Below, piece after piece: positions 23,786 through 32,793 of a DNA stretch of 50,066 nucleotides. Made by a program: the position numbers and the translations under genes. The notes under the pieces were generated by a model. It did no database searches. It saw only the letters and a program-made list of their open reading frames with translations, and was not told where the DNA came from. Position 1 is the first letter of the stretch. The number at the start of each line of letters is the position of its first letter. Location: IMG/VR virus record IMGVR_UViG_3300037419_000163, positions 1-50,066 of that record, one strand, 5' to 3'. The stretch comes from a virus.

Positions 23786-24364
23786 GTGTCGAAGCTAACT
23801 AAAGAGAATAAAGAAGATATATTAGCTAGGCTAGCAGAAGGGGAAGTGTACCAATCTATAGCTAATACCTATAATGTAACACGTGAATGTATAAGGCAAC
23901 TAGCCTCTAAAAATAAATTAGATGGAGTTGGACTTGTTAAACGTCGAGAGGAACGATACCAAGAATGGCTTTCCAAAATGGAGAAAACATATGGAGAATT
24001 CTTTGACGGTTCTAAAGTTAATAAGAGTGATTTATTAACAATATGTAAAGAGAAATTTAGAATTAAAAAGTATCTTGCTAAACGAAAAGGAGTAGAGTTT
24101 TCTGTAGAATTTAAAGATATAAAATGGAATGAGAAGTGCCCAGTATTAGGCATTGAGATAGATTATTTTCTAGAAAAACATGGAGATAATAGTCCTTCAA
24201 TTTCTAAGATTGATCCCGCAAAGGGATTTGTAGCTGGAAACACAGTGGTGATATCTGATAAAGCTGTAAGACTTATAAGAGGGCTAAGAACTAGGCATAA
24301 AGATGATAGGAAATTAAATGATATAACATCTTATTTGATGCGTATGGTATGTCAAGTAAATTAA
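23786..24364 (+). CDS. HTH plus degenerate His-Me/HNH-like homing-endonuclease-family protein
   Basis: N-terminal HTH-like EVYQSIANTYNVTRECIRQL. CPVLGIEIDY...NSPSISKIDPAKGFVAGNTVVIS resembles the SxDRID..GY..GN family, but its catalytic positions are altered. Confidence 0.4.
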   Translation: MSKLTKENKEDILARLAEGEVYQSIANTYNVTRECIRQLASKNKLDGVGLVKRREERYQEWLSKMEKTYGEFFDGSKVNKSDLLTICKEKFRIKKYLAKRKGVEFSVEFKDIKWNEKCPVLGIEIDYFLEKHGDNSPSISKIDPAKGFVAGNTVVISDKAVRLIRGLRTRHKDDRKLNDITSYLMRMVCQVN

Positions 24365-24373
24365 TGTTATAAT
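24365..24373 (+). promoter_or_regulatory. Extended -10 promoter TGTTATAAT
   Basis: Exact TGnTATAAT, about 34 nt upstream of the ATG at 24407. Confidence 0.45.
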
Positions 24374-24406
24374 ATATGTATATTAAAATTTAATAAGGAG
24401 AAAGTC

Positions 24407-24952
24407 ATGCAAGTCTCAGTCCAAGCAAAATTGATGGAAGTTGAAATGGATGTAAACATCGCCAAGAATGGCGGGGGTTCTTATAGGGGAACTCGAATTG
24501 TTTACCGTGATGCCGAAGGATCGTTGAAAGAGCAGAACATTCATAGTAATGCTCTTAGGTTTAATCCCGGTCTTAAGCAATCAATTATAGGATTGTCTCC
24601 AGGTGATGCATTCACCATGCTGAAGGAAAAGGAAGGGGAATTTTGGAATGTCAAATCCATCTCTAAGGGAGTGGTACAAGAAGCTGTTTCAACAAAGGCC
24701 GGAGCTACATCAGAGGGAAAAGCAAGTACTTCCCCAAGAAGTACATACGAAACTCCAGAAGAACGAGCAAGGAGGCAAGTCTTAATTGTACGTCAATCCT
24801 CTGTTTCTAGTGCCATTGCTTATGCAGCAACTCAAAAATCCCCAATGAAGATTGAGGAGATTCTAAAGATTGCCGCACAGATTAATGATTTTGTATTTGA
24901 TAATGAGTCCGGTGATGGTTCGATTGATGACATAGAAAGCGACGTACTTTAA
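24407..24952 (+). CDS. Single-stranded DNA-binding protein candidate
   Basis: 181 aa with an AAGGAG RBS. The acidic C-terminal tail (DNESGDGSIDDIESDVL) and the position in the replisome module support the call. Confidence 0.45.
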   Translation: MQVSVQAKLMEVEMDVNIAKNGGGSYRGTRIVYRDAEGSLKEQNIHSNALRFNPGLKQSIIGLSPGDAFTMLKEKEGEFWNVKSISKGVVQEAVSTKAGATSEGKASTSPRSTYETPEERARRQVLIVRQSSVSSAIAYAATQKSPMKIEEILKIAAQINDFVFDNESGDGSIDDIESDVL

Positions 24953-24954
24953 TC

Positions 24955-25662
24955 ATGACTACCGCCTTAATTGATGGTGACATAATTGCTTATGTCAACG
25001 CGGCCAGCGCCGAACAGGAAGATGTAAAATATGCACTCCTTCGCGCTGATAATCAAATAAGGATGATACTCGATTATTTAAAAGCAGAGAAGTATAGAGT
25101 TTTCTTATCAGGAGGGTCTAACTTCAGATATGAAGTAAACCCTTCCTACAAGGCCAATAGGACAGCACCAGACCCAATTCATAGACAAGCAGTTCATAGA
25201 TTCTTAATTGATGAATGGAATGCCGAAGAAACAGAAGGCTATGAAGCGGATGATGCTCTAGGATGTAATCAAACGGATGATACAATTATTTGTTCCTTAG
25301 ACAAAGATTTGTTGATGATTCCGGGAAAACATTATAGTTGGCCTATGATGAGAAAAGGAGTGGTAATACGGGATCATAGAATCTTAGATGTTACATATGA
25401 ACAGGGCATTAAGACGTTCTATAAGCAAATGCTTATTGGAGACACGTCAGATAACATCAACGGGGTAACTGGTCTTGGGCCAGCCAAGTCATCTAAGATA
25501 ATTGATCCTATCGAAACAGAGAAGGAAATGTATGCCAAGGTTCGAGAGCTATATAATGATGATGATAGGTTTGCCTGTAATCTTGATTGTTTATGGATTT
25601 GGCGTCAGCTAGGAATTACATTCTCACTAAGAGGGGAACACCTCGTTGGAAGTACCACATAA
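24955..25662 (+). CDS. 5'-3' exonuclease (FEN / T7 gp6-like)
   Basis: LIDGDIIAY, YEADDALG, SLDKDLLMIPG. Confidence 0.7.
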   Translation: MTTALIDGDIIAYVNAASAEQEDVKYALLRADNQIRMILDYLKAEKYRVFLSGGSNFRYEVNPSYKANRTAPDPIHRQAVHRFLIDEWNAEETEGYEADDALGCNQTDDTIICSLDKDLLMIPGKHYSWPMMRKGVVIRDHRILDVTYEQGIKTFYKQMLIGDTSDNINGVTGLGPAKSSKIIDPIETEKEMYAKVRELYNDDDRFACNLDCLWIWRQLGITFSLRGEHLVGSTT

Positions 25663-25828
25663 TTTAAAGACCGCAACTGAATTTGAATATTTAGAATGGT
25701 TTTACCATACAATGCGGCAAGGTAAGAATGAATGGTTCGCCCGTACAATGGCAGAAAGATTCACAAGAGAACGGGGTAAAAAATGTCCTTTTATATTTAT
25801 AACCCATAATGGGGATAAGTTGGACTGA
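25646..25828 (+). CDS. Hypothetical protein (start uncertain)
   Basis: 60-aa ORF with a TTG start overlapping its neighbour. Confidence 0.35.
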   Translation: MEVPHNLKTATEFEYLEWFYHTMRQGKNEWFARTMAERFTRERGKKCPFIFITHNGDKLD

Positions 25829-26159
25829 AGGAAGACTGAAGGGATTTATTACTACGGCACTACGATCTGCGATGAGGCGTTATCCTCCTAAATATGAATG
25901 CATAAATGCAGCATATGTTGGGAAGAAGATAAACAAGAAATCGGGACGTAGTGCCAAGCATTATAAATGTAATAAGTGTAAAGGAGATTTTCCTTCCACA
26001 GATATTAATGTAGATCATATTGATCCAGTAGTATCGAATGAAGGGTTTGTGGATTGGAATACATTCATTGAACGATTATTCTGCAAAGTAGAGAATCTTC
26101 AAGTTCTATGTATTGAATGCCATAAGCAGAAATCTAAAGAAGAACGAAATAAACGTTAA
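25809..26159 (+). CDS. HNH endonuclease
   Basis: NVDHIDPVV ... NLQVLCIECHKQK. Confidence 0.8.
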   Translation: MGISWTEGRLKGFITTALRSAMRRYPPKYECINAAYVGKKINKKSGRSAKHYKCNKCKGDFPSTDINVDHIDPVVSNEGFVDWNTFIERLFCKVENLQVLCIECHKQKSKEERNKR

Positions 26160-26180
26160 AAAAAAAGAGACAAATATTTA

Positions 26181-26933
26181 ATGAAAATATTGTTGCTCGA
26201 TATAGAAACGGCTCCAAATCTAGCATACGTGTGGGGATTATATAAAGAAAACATACCAATTGCTAGACTTGTTGAGAGTGGATATGTTCTTTGTTTTGCT
26301 GCTAAGTGGGTAGGAGAAGAACGGATTCGATTTAACTCTATCAGAGATGATACTCATCCTGAAATAATGTTAGATGAAATCCATAGTCTTCTAGATGAGG
26401 CAGATGTAGTAGTCCATTATAATGGAACCCATTTCGATATTCCAACTTTGAATAGAGAATTTCTGTTATATGGATTTACTCCTCCCTCTCCATACTATCA
26501 AGTGGATTTGCTTAAGGTAGCTAGGGAAAGATTTAAATTCTCAAGTAATAAACTAGAATTTATTGCCAAAGAATTACAGATCACAAACAAGGTAAAACAC
26601 GCAGGTTATAGTTTGTGGACTGGATGCATGAATAATGATCCAGCTTCATGGGAACAAATGGAAGAGTATAATAAAGGGGATGTAGTTACCCTTGAAGACC
26701 TCTACAAAGTGTTTCTACCTTGGATTAAAAACCATCCCAACCATGGATTGTATAGTGATAACAAGAATATTTGTCCTTCCTGTGGAAGTACACACTATCA
26801 TAAACGTGGGAAATTAACAACAAGGGCAGGTATCTATGAGCGATATCATTGTCAGGGTTGTGGAGCTTGGTTCAGAGGAAATGTCAATCAGATCAGCCCT
26901 GCCAAGAAACACATGCTCGTGGCCCACTGTTAA
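26181..26933 (+). CDS. RNase H-fold 3'-5' exonuclease-like protein with a C-terminal Zn ribbon
   Basis: MKILLLDIETAPN (DxE), HYNGTHFDIP, CPSCGS...CQGCG. Confidence 0.65.
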   Translation: MKILLLDIETAPNLAYVWGLYKENIPIARLVESGYVLCFAAKWVGEERIRFNSIRDDTHPEIMLDEIHSLLDEADVVVHYNGTHFDIPTLNREFLLYGFTPPSPYYQVDLLKVARERFKFSSNKLEFIAKELQITNKVKHAGYSLWTGCMNNDPASWEQMEEYNKGDVVTLEDLYKVFLPWIKNHPNHGLYSDNKNICPSCGSTHYHKRGKLTTRAGIYERYHCQGCGAWFRGNVNQISPAKKHMLVAHC

Positions 26934-26967
26934 TTTTGGCCCTATAAATCTTTGGAACTTACCTAAA

Positions 26968-27141
26968 ATGCTTACAAGCAAAGATGTTAGAGAACGACTA
27001 AAAACTCTTCCTGAGATTGATCTTCTCGAAATCCTTGACATTTCATCCGAAGAAATTGTAGATAGATTCGATGATAAGATTGAAGATAAAGAAGAATATT
27101 TTATTTCAGATTTAGATGAAGAGGAATGGGAAGATGGATAA
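26968..27141 (+). CDS. Small acidic protein (57 aa)
   Basis: Internal ATG (MLTSKDVRERL...) of listed ORF 26836..27141. The upstream part overlaps the exonuclease gene. Confidence 0.4.
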   Translation: MLTSKDVRERLKTLPEIDLLEILDISSEEIVDRFDDKIEDKEEYFISDLDEEEWEDG

Positions 27142-29083
27142 ACGATTACCATCAGTTTATCAAGATATAATTCATAAAACAAAGTATGCACGATTCTTGG
27201 ATAGTGAAGGCCGACGAGAGGAGTGGGATGAGACAGTAGGACGTTTGATCGAGTATCTGGCATATAGATTAGATAATATAACTACAATTAATGATTATAG
27301 TTTTCTTAGTGAACTTCAAGAGGCTATTCTAAACCTTGAGGTAATGCCCTCCATGCGTCTGTTAATGACAGCAGGAGAGGCTTGCGAGAAGGATAATATA
27401 GCAGCCTATAATTGTGCTTATGTAGCTATCAATAACAAAAGAGCCTTGTCGGAGGCTCTTTATATTCTAATGAATGGAACAGGAGTGGGATTTAGTTGTG
27501 AGCGACAAGAGGTTGCTCAACTTCCTCCCGTTCCCAGTGAACTAGTAGTTAGTGGAGATACTATTGTTGTTGCCGATAGCAAAATTGGATGGGCTAAGGC
27601 TTATAAGAAACTCCTGTCTAGCTTGTGGGAGGGGGACTTACCTCAGTTCGACTTCAGTAGGGTACGTCCGGCAGGTGCGAGGCTTAGAACCTTTGGGGGT
27701 CGAGCTAGTGGGCCACAACCTCTGCTCAACCTGTTCCTGTTTACCATCGAAGTATTTAAGAAAGCTGCTGGAAGAAAGTTAACCAGTATTGAAGTACACG
27801 ATATTATGTGTATGATTGCTGAGATTGTGGTGGTGGGAGGAGTTCGTCGTAGTGCTTTAATCAGTCTTAGCAATCTGACCGACCGCCGCATGAGAGAGGC
27901 CAAAATGGGCGAATGGTGGCGAGATAATAAGCAACGAGCCCTCTCCAATAATAGTGTATGTTATACTGAGAAACCAGATGCTGAAACTTTCATGGAAGAG
28001 TGGGTGTCTCTCGTTAAGTCCAAGTCAGGCGAAAGGGGCATCTTTAACCGGGTTGCTGCACAAAATCAAGCCGCTAAGTGGGAAAGACGAGATCGTAATA
28101 GAACTTACGGATGCAATCCTTGCTCAGAGATTATTCTTAGAGATAAAGAATTCTGCAACCTTACAGAAGTTGTGGTTCGAGAGCAAGATACTTATGAAAG
28201 CCTCAAACACAAAGTTAGACTTGCAACCATACTTGGAACAATACAATCTACTCTAACTGATTTTAATTTCCTAAGTGAAGAATGGAAACGGAATACTGAG
28301 GAAGAGCGATTGTTAGGTGTAAGTCTCACAGGTATTATGGACAACCTTGTTCTTAATGGTACGTTCTTTAATGGGAATGAGCCTGTTGGTTTTGATGAGG
28401 TTGGAGGGGAGACATTAGCTTATACTTTAGAAAGTCTTAGAGACTATGCAAGGGAAGTAAATGAGGGATTTGCTAAGCAACTTGGGATACCTCCTTCTGT
28501 GGCTATTACTTGCGTTAAACCAAGTGGTACTGTCTCTCAGTTGGTGGATAGTGCTAGCGGGATTCACGCTAGGCATAATCAGTACTACATTAGGCGTATT
28601 AGAATGGATAAGAAAGACCCGATCTATAGATTCTTAAAGGAAAAAGGAATTCCTATTGAGGATGATATTCGGGTTCCAGATAGTACAGCAGTTGCTAGTT
28701 TTCCAATGAAGGCACCTGAGGGTGCTGTCTGTAGAATGGATAGAACTGCAATTGAACAATTGGACTTATGGCTTATCTATCAACGTCATTGGTGTGAGCA
28801 TAAACCTTCTGTTACAATTTCAGTTAAGGATCATGAATGGCCCGAAGTAGGGGCATGGGTTTGGAAACACTTTGATGAGGTTTCTGGAATTAGTTTCCTT
28901 CCATTTTCAGATCATACTTATCAACAAGCTCCTTACGAGGATATAAGTAAGGAGAAGTATGAGGAAATGATTGGATCAATCCCTACTAATATTGATTGGA
29001 AAGAATTAGATGAGTCAACCGATAATACTGAAGGAAGTCAAACACTCGCCTGTGTTGGGCCAGATGGATGTGAAATCTTCTAA
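27134..29083 (+). CDS. nrdJ: Class II (adenosylcobalamin-dependent) ribonucleotide reductase
   Basis: GCNPCSEIIL, EFCNLTEV and a C-terminal Cys pair (LACVGPDGCEIF). The start could also be 27116. Confidence 0.85.
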   Translation: MDKRLPSVYQDIIHKTKYARFLDSEGRREEWDETVGRLIEYLAYRLDNITTINDYSFLSELQEAILNLEVMPSMRLLMTAGEACEKDNIAAYNCAYVAINNKRALSEALYILMNGTGVGFSCERQEVAQLPPVPSELVVSGDTIVVADSKIGWAKAYKKLLSSLWEGDLPQFDFSRVRPAGARLRTFGGRASGPQPLLNLFLFTIEVFKKAAGRKLTSIEVHDIMCMIAEIVVVGGVRRSALISLSNLTDRRMREAKMGEWWRDNKQRALSNNSVCYTEKPDAETFMEEWVSLVKSKSGERGIFNRVAAQNQAAKWERRDRNRTYGCNPCSEIILRDKEFCNLTEVVVREQDTYESLKHKVRLATILGTIQSTLTDFNFLSEEWKRNTEEERLLGVSLTGIMDNLVLNGTFFNGNEPVGFDEVGGETLAYTLESLRDYAREVNEGFAKQLGIPPSVAITCVKPSGTVSQLVDSASGIHARHNQYYIRRIRMDKKDPIYRFLKEKGIPIEDDIRVPDSTAVASFPMKAPEGAVCRMDRTAIEQLDLWLIYQRHWCEHKPSVTISVKDHEWPEVGAWVWKHFDEVSGISFLPFSDHTYQQAPYEDISKEKYEEMIGSIPTNIDWKELDESTDNTEGSQTLACVGPDGCEIF

Positions 29084-29198
29084 ATGTATAGGTCAATGTA
29101 GACTAGATTCTACCAAGGAATATTGTGCTGGATGTGGAAGAACGATGAAGGAAATCAAGGAGAATTATGCAAGGAAACGAGCTAACAGAAATACTTAG
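29064..29198 (+). CDS. Cys-rich DUF1289-like small protein
   Basis: KCIGQCRLDSTKEYCAGCGRTMKEI matches the CxGxCxxD...CxGCxRTxxEI pattern I recall for DUF1289. Confidence 0.5.
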   Translation: MDVKSSKCIGQCRLDSTKEYCAGCGRTMKEIKENYARKRANRNT

Positions 29199-29355
29199 TG
29201 GTATTATTGCAAACCTCGAAAGTGAGGGAATTAATCTACAAGAAACACCCGCATTGTTTAAGTGGCGGCATCCACAACACAATGAGTATGAGTTTCACCT
29301 ATTGATTAAAATAGTAGATGCAAATGATGTTGAGGAACAGAAGTATGTCCACTAA
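29167..29355 (+). CDS. Hypothetical protein (62 aa)
   Basis: AAGGAGA RBS. Confidence 0.55.
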   Translation: MQGNELTEILSGIIANLESEGINLQETPALFKWRHPQHNEYEFHLLIKIVDANDVEEQKYVH

Positions 29356-29575
29356 TGCACTGAATACCCAAGTTGGTGGGAATCATTATAAAGAGTATGC
29401 TATTCAGCCTATCCAGTATGCACATGCTAACAAACTAGGGCCATGTGAATTTAGTGTAGTTAAGTATGTAACACGATGGCAATCTAAGGGCGGTATTCAG
29501 GATTTGCAGAAAGCAAAGCACGTAATTGATTTGCTAATTGAAATGGAATCGAGCAACAATGCAAGTTCTGGATAA
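29345..29575 (+). CDS. DUF3310-like protein
   Basis: GAGGA RBS 8 nt upstream of the ATG at 29345. QVGGNHYKEYAIQPIQY...VVKYVTRW...DLQKAKHVIDLL pattern. Confidence 0.55.
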   Translation: MSTNALNTQVGGNHYKEYAIQPIQYAHANKLGPCEFSVVKYVTRWQSKGGIQDLQKAKHVIDLLIEMESSNNASSG

Positions 29576-30221
29576 AGGATATATAGAACTGAGGGATCGT
29601 ATGGGAGGTGATCTTTCAGTAGTGAGGGCAGCAAGGATTAGTTATGATGCAGAATGGAGAACAGGTGAAGATGAAGGAAAGGATGAAAAGCTAATTAGCT
29701 ATCTCCTTAAGAATAATCACACTTCTCCCTTTGAGCATGTTTTCTTTACATTTGAAATTAAATGTCCAATGTTTATTGGGGAGCAATGGCTCCGACATCG
29801 AACATGGAAATTTAATAAAATCAGTGGAAGATATACTGAGTTACCCAAGGAATTCTATCTACCTGATCGAGATCAAATAACTACTCAGTCAACTCATAAT
29901 AAACAAATGAGGACAGATGAGGTTAATGAGAATTCAGAATACATCCGAAGAATTATAAATGATGAGAATGAAGAATCATTTCACACCTACAAATCTTTGT
30001 TGAAGTTAGGATGCCCAAGGGAATTAGCAAGAGGTGTACTTACTGCTAATATTTATACTAGGATGGTGGCTTCAGTAGACTTACATAACCTCTTACATTT
30101 CTTACGATTGAGGCTACACGAACATGCCCAATATGAGATAAGAGTTTATGCTGAAGCAATTATGAAATTAATTGAACCTATTGTACCAATAACATTAAAA
30201 GCATTTAAAACAACATTGTAA
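29559..30221 (+). CDS. thyX: Flavin-dependent thymidylate synthase
   Basis: ThyX signature RHRTWKFNKISGRY (RHRxxSxxxxSxR). ATG at 29559 preferred over the TTG at 29538. Confidence 0.9.
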   Translation: MQVLDKGYIELRDRMGGDLSVVRAARISYDAEWRTGEDEGKDEKLISYLLKNNHTSPFEHVFFTFEIKCPMFIGEQWLRHRTWKFNKISGRYTELPKEFYLPDRDQITTQSTHNKQMRTDEVNENSEYIRRIINDENEESFHTYKSLLKLGCPRELARGVLTANIYTRMVASVDLHNLLHFLRLRLHEHAQYEIRVYAEAIMKLIEPIVPITLKAFKTTL

Positions 30222-30227
30222 GTTTTA

Positions 30228-30275
30228 GGGGGAACTCGGATAGCTGTGGCGTCTATCTGGGCTCCCCCTTTTTTA
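30228..30275. terminator. GC-rich hairpin (GGGGGA...TCCCCC with inner GATAG/CTATC) plus a T6 run, sitting between the convergent arms
   Basis: Read directly. The T-run follows on the + strand. Confidence 0.7.
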
Positions 30276-30278
30276 TGT

Positions 30279-30530
30279 TTATTTCTTATCCCTCAGATAA
30301 TCATCAATCTTGTTAATCTTTTCGTACAGGGTTGTATGACTATCCCGAAGACTATCTTTAAATTCTGCTATTGCTTCTTTAAAGTCGTCTTTCCTAGTGT
30401 AGTTTGATGCAACGTCAAGTCGTAGATTTTCCAATTGCTCTCGTGTCTCCTTTTGTCCGTTCCACAGAAGTTTAATGAACCATGCGGCCACCCCCGTAAC
30501 AACATATATGGCGTATTCCAAAACATTCAT
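30279..30530 (-). CDS. Small protein with an N-terminal TM helix and a coiled coil (last gene of the late arm)
   Basis: YAIYVVTGVAAWFIKLLW followed by a charged helical region. Confidence 0.5.
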   Translation of the reverse strand: MNVLEYAIYVVTGVAAWFIKLLWNGQKETREQLENLRLDVASNYTRKDDFKEAIAEFKDSLRDSHTTLYEKINKIDDYLRDKK

Positions 30531-30531
30531 T

Positions 30532-32793
30532 TTATTTCATTCCAAGTGCAGCCATTATCTGGCTTGGTCTAATTGGCCTCCCTTCTGCAATTGACATTGC
30601 ATGGAGAAGATCAGCTTTCACTGAAGGGTTATTTAAATCTAAAGGAGTATTAGGATCAAACCCAGTATGCTTCACTAGAGTCTTCACATAATTAGCTTTA
30701 GATGTACTACCTTTTTCATTCTCGTTATTCCAAAGACCACCAATCTGATCTAAAGTTTTTAAAGGCTTACCAGTTGTTTGTCCATTAAAATAACGATCTA
30801 GTTGATTACTTGCAGCACGTATCCCATCTTCAGTATTATTGAATTGTTGGAATACACCTTGTTTACCGGGCACCGTTAAATTTAGAGGGTTAGACGAGTT
30901 AGGTTTACCCCCTTCTTGCTTTCCTTCTTGTTGAGGAATCAATCCCTTCAGAGCATCATACTGTGGGTACAATAACTCAGAAGCCTTCTTAGTATCAGAG
31001 CCAATAAGGTTACTAAAAGCACGTAACCCATTATTAATTCTAATACCATATTTCTGTAAAAGAAAATCAGTGTCAGCCTGATTACTTGTTTGAATATTTA
31101 AGCGTCCATCAGGCAGCGTACCTATTCTGACTTCGGTTCCTTTGTTACTAACCGATGCCACGTCTGACTTAAAATCCTTAAGAGTGAGGTTGAGATACTC
31201 TTCAAGATTTTCAGAGGCCTTACCGCTCGCAACTTCACCCAAAGACTTAAAACTATCACGATTACTGTTATTACCCAAGACTTTAATGTAGTCATCATAG
31301 AATTTATATTTCTCCGCTGTGGTTGCAAATTTACCATTTTTACTATCTGCATGAACTGTGGAAATAATATTTTCCAGTCCAGATATACTTGCAGTGTCTC
31401 CTTTCTTTATTGATCCGGCTAATACATCTACAGCATTAGCTACAGCATTTTTACCAGAAGGGTCTTTTACAGTATAGTCTGTATTCAGTCCATTCTGTAC
31501 CCCAGAGAGAACATTACCAAGAGTCTTAGTAATCTTACCCATTACTACTCGTCCTTCTTCAGTAGCCAACAGTCTAGGAGCATTAGCTGTACTTAGAATT
31601 TGAGTAAGCATATTCATAGCTTGGGGACTTACTAATTTAGCTGTGTCAAGGTAGTCCTGATCCCGTACTAAGCTTGCTTGGTTCTTTAGGTAGTTTACTC
31701 GATCTTCTTTATTAGTAAACTTCTCCAGCATAGCTAAGTTAGAATCTGCTTGTTTATTAGCATAGTCCACTACTTCCTTAACACCCGGACGATGCATAAC
31801 CGGATTTGCTCTTTCCGCAACTCCTTGCTTAAGTTGTTGATAGGCTTGACGAGCAATGTCAAGGCCATGGGAACCACTAGCATCACTATTAAGAATACTA
31901 ATTAATTGGTCATGGGTTTGATTGAGAAGACCATTGACTCCATGAATGCCAAATTTATTTACGAAGTCCCCTGCTTGAGCTACCTCATTAGCATCTCTTA
32001 AAGCCCCTTGGCGACTGATAACGTCAGCAGCAAATTTCTCTTTCTGTACAATAGAATTCTGATCTTCAGCATATTGAAGATCAAAGTTACCATACCTATC
32101 ATAACGAAGAGGAATGTTATTCTCTTTTGAGATTTGCATTGCATAGTCAACTCGTTTCTGAAGTTGCTTCTCAGCACTGTCTTGACCAGCTTGCTCTGCC
32201 TTCATCAGAGATTCAACACCTGATAGATTTAATACCTTTTTAGTATGATTAATAATATCATCATACAAAGCAGGATTACGATTAATGGCTTGTCTAGTAA
32301 TGGCTAATGAACGTTGAGCAAACTCATCAGGGCTCATTACCCCCTGATTCATTGCCTTTTTCATTGTACTAAGTTTATCTTGGAAATGTTTATCTACATT
32401 ATCAATGTCTTCAATAGAAGCTCCTTCTCCTAGTTTATTCCAGAGAGAGTTGGAGACACCGTCCAAGGTGGCTGCATCTATAGCGGCTTCTTGTGCAATC
32501 TGAGGGTTCTTTTTGCTATTAATATAATCATTAATATTCTCCTCATGCTGTCTCTCAAGATCAGCTAATTGCATTCCTTCGTTGAACTCTTGCCCATACT
32601 TGATTCCAGCCACTGCAATGTTTCCAACATTTTCAGCTAGATTAGCAAGACCTTGGAACTTGATAGCAGGAGCACGATTTACAACTCCTTGGGTACTAAA
32701 GCTACTAGCTTCAATACTGGGAGCGGAAAGTCCAGTTGCATCAACTCCAAATTGAGTAGGGGTTCTTTGTTGTCTTATACGTTCAACAGCCAT
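30532..32793 (-). CDS. Internal virion / ejection protein candidate (753 aa)
   Basis: Large helical Gln/Asn/Ala-rich ORF next to the giant virion protein, by analogy with the podovirus gp14-16 region. Confidence 0.4.
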   Translation of the reverse strand: MAVERIRQQRTPTQFGVDATGLSAPSIEASSFSTQGVVNRAPAIKFQGLANLAENVGNIAVAGIKYGQEFNEGMQLADLERQHEENINDYINSKKNPQIAQEAAIDAATLDGVSNSLWNKLGEGASIEDIDNVDKHFQDKLSTMKKAMNQGVMSPDEFAQRSLAITRQAINRNPALYDDIINHTKKVLNLSGVESLMKAEQAGQDSAEKQLQKRVDYAMQISKENNIPLRYDRYGNFDLQYAEDQNSIVQKEKFAADVISRQGALRDANEVAQAGDFVNKFGIHGVNGLLNQTHDQLISILNSDASGSHGLDIARQAYQQLKQGVAERANPVMHRPGVKEVVDYANKQADSNLAMLEKFTNKEDRVNYLKNQASLVRDQDYLDTAKLVSPQAMNMLTQILSTANAPRLLATEEGRVVMGKITKTLGNVLSGVQNGLNTDYTVKDPSGKNAVANAVDVLAGSIKKGDTASISGLENIISTVHADSKNGKFATTAEKYKFYDDYIKVLGNNSNRDSFKSLGEVASGKASENLEEYLNLTLKDFKSDVASVSNKGTEVRIGTLPDGRLNIQTSNQADTDFLLQKYGIRINNGLRAFSNLIGSDTKKASELLYPQYDALKGLIPQQEGKQEGGKPNSSNPLNLTVPGKQGVFQQFNNTEDGIRAASNQLDRYFNGQTTGKPLKTLDQIGGLWNNENEKGSTSKANYVKTLVKHTGFDPNTPLDLNNPSVKADLLHAMSIAEGRPIRPSQIMAALGMK

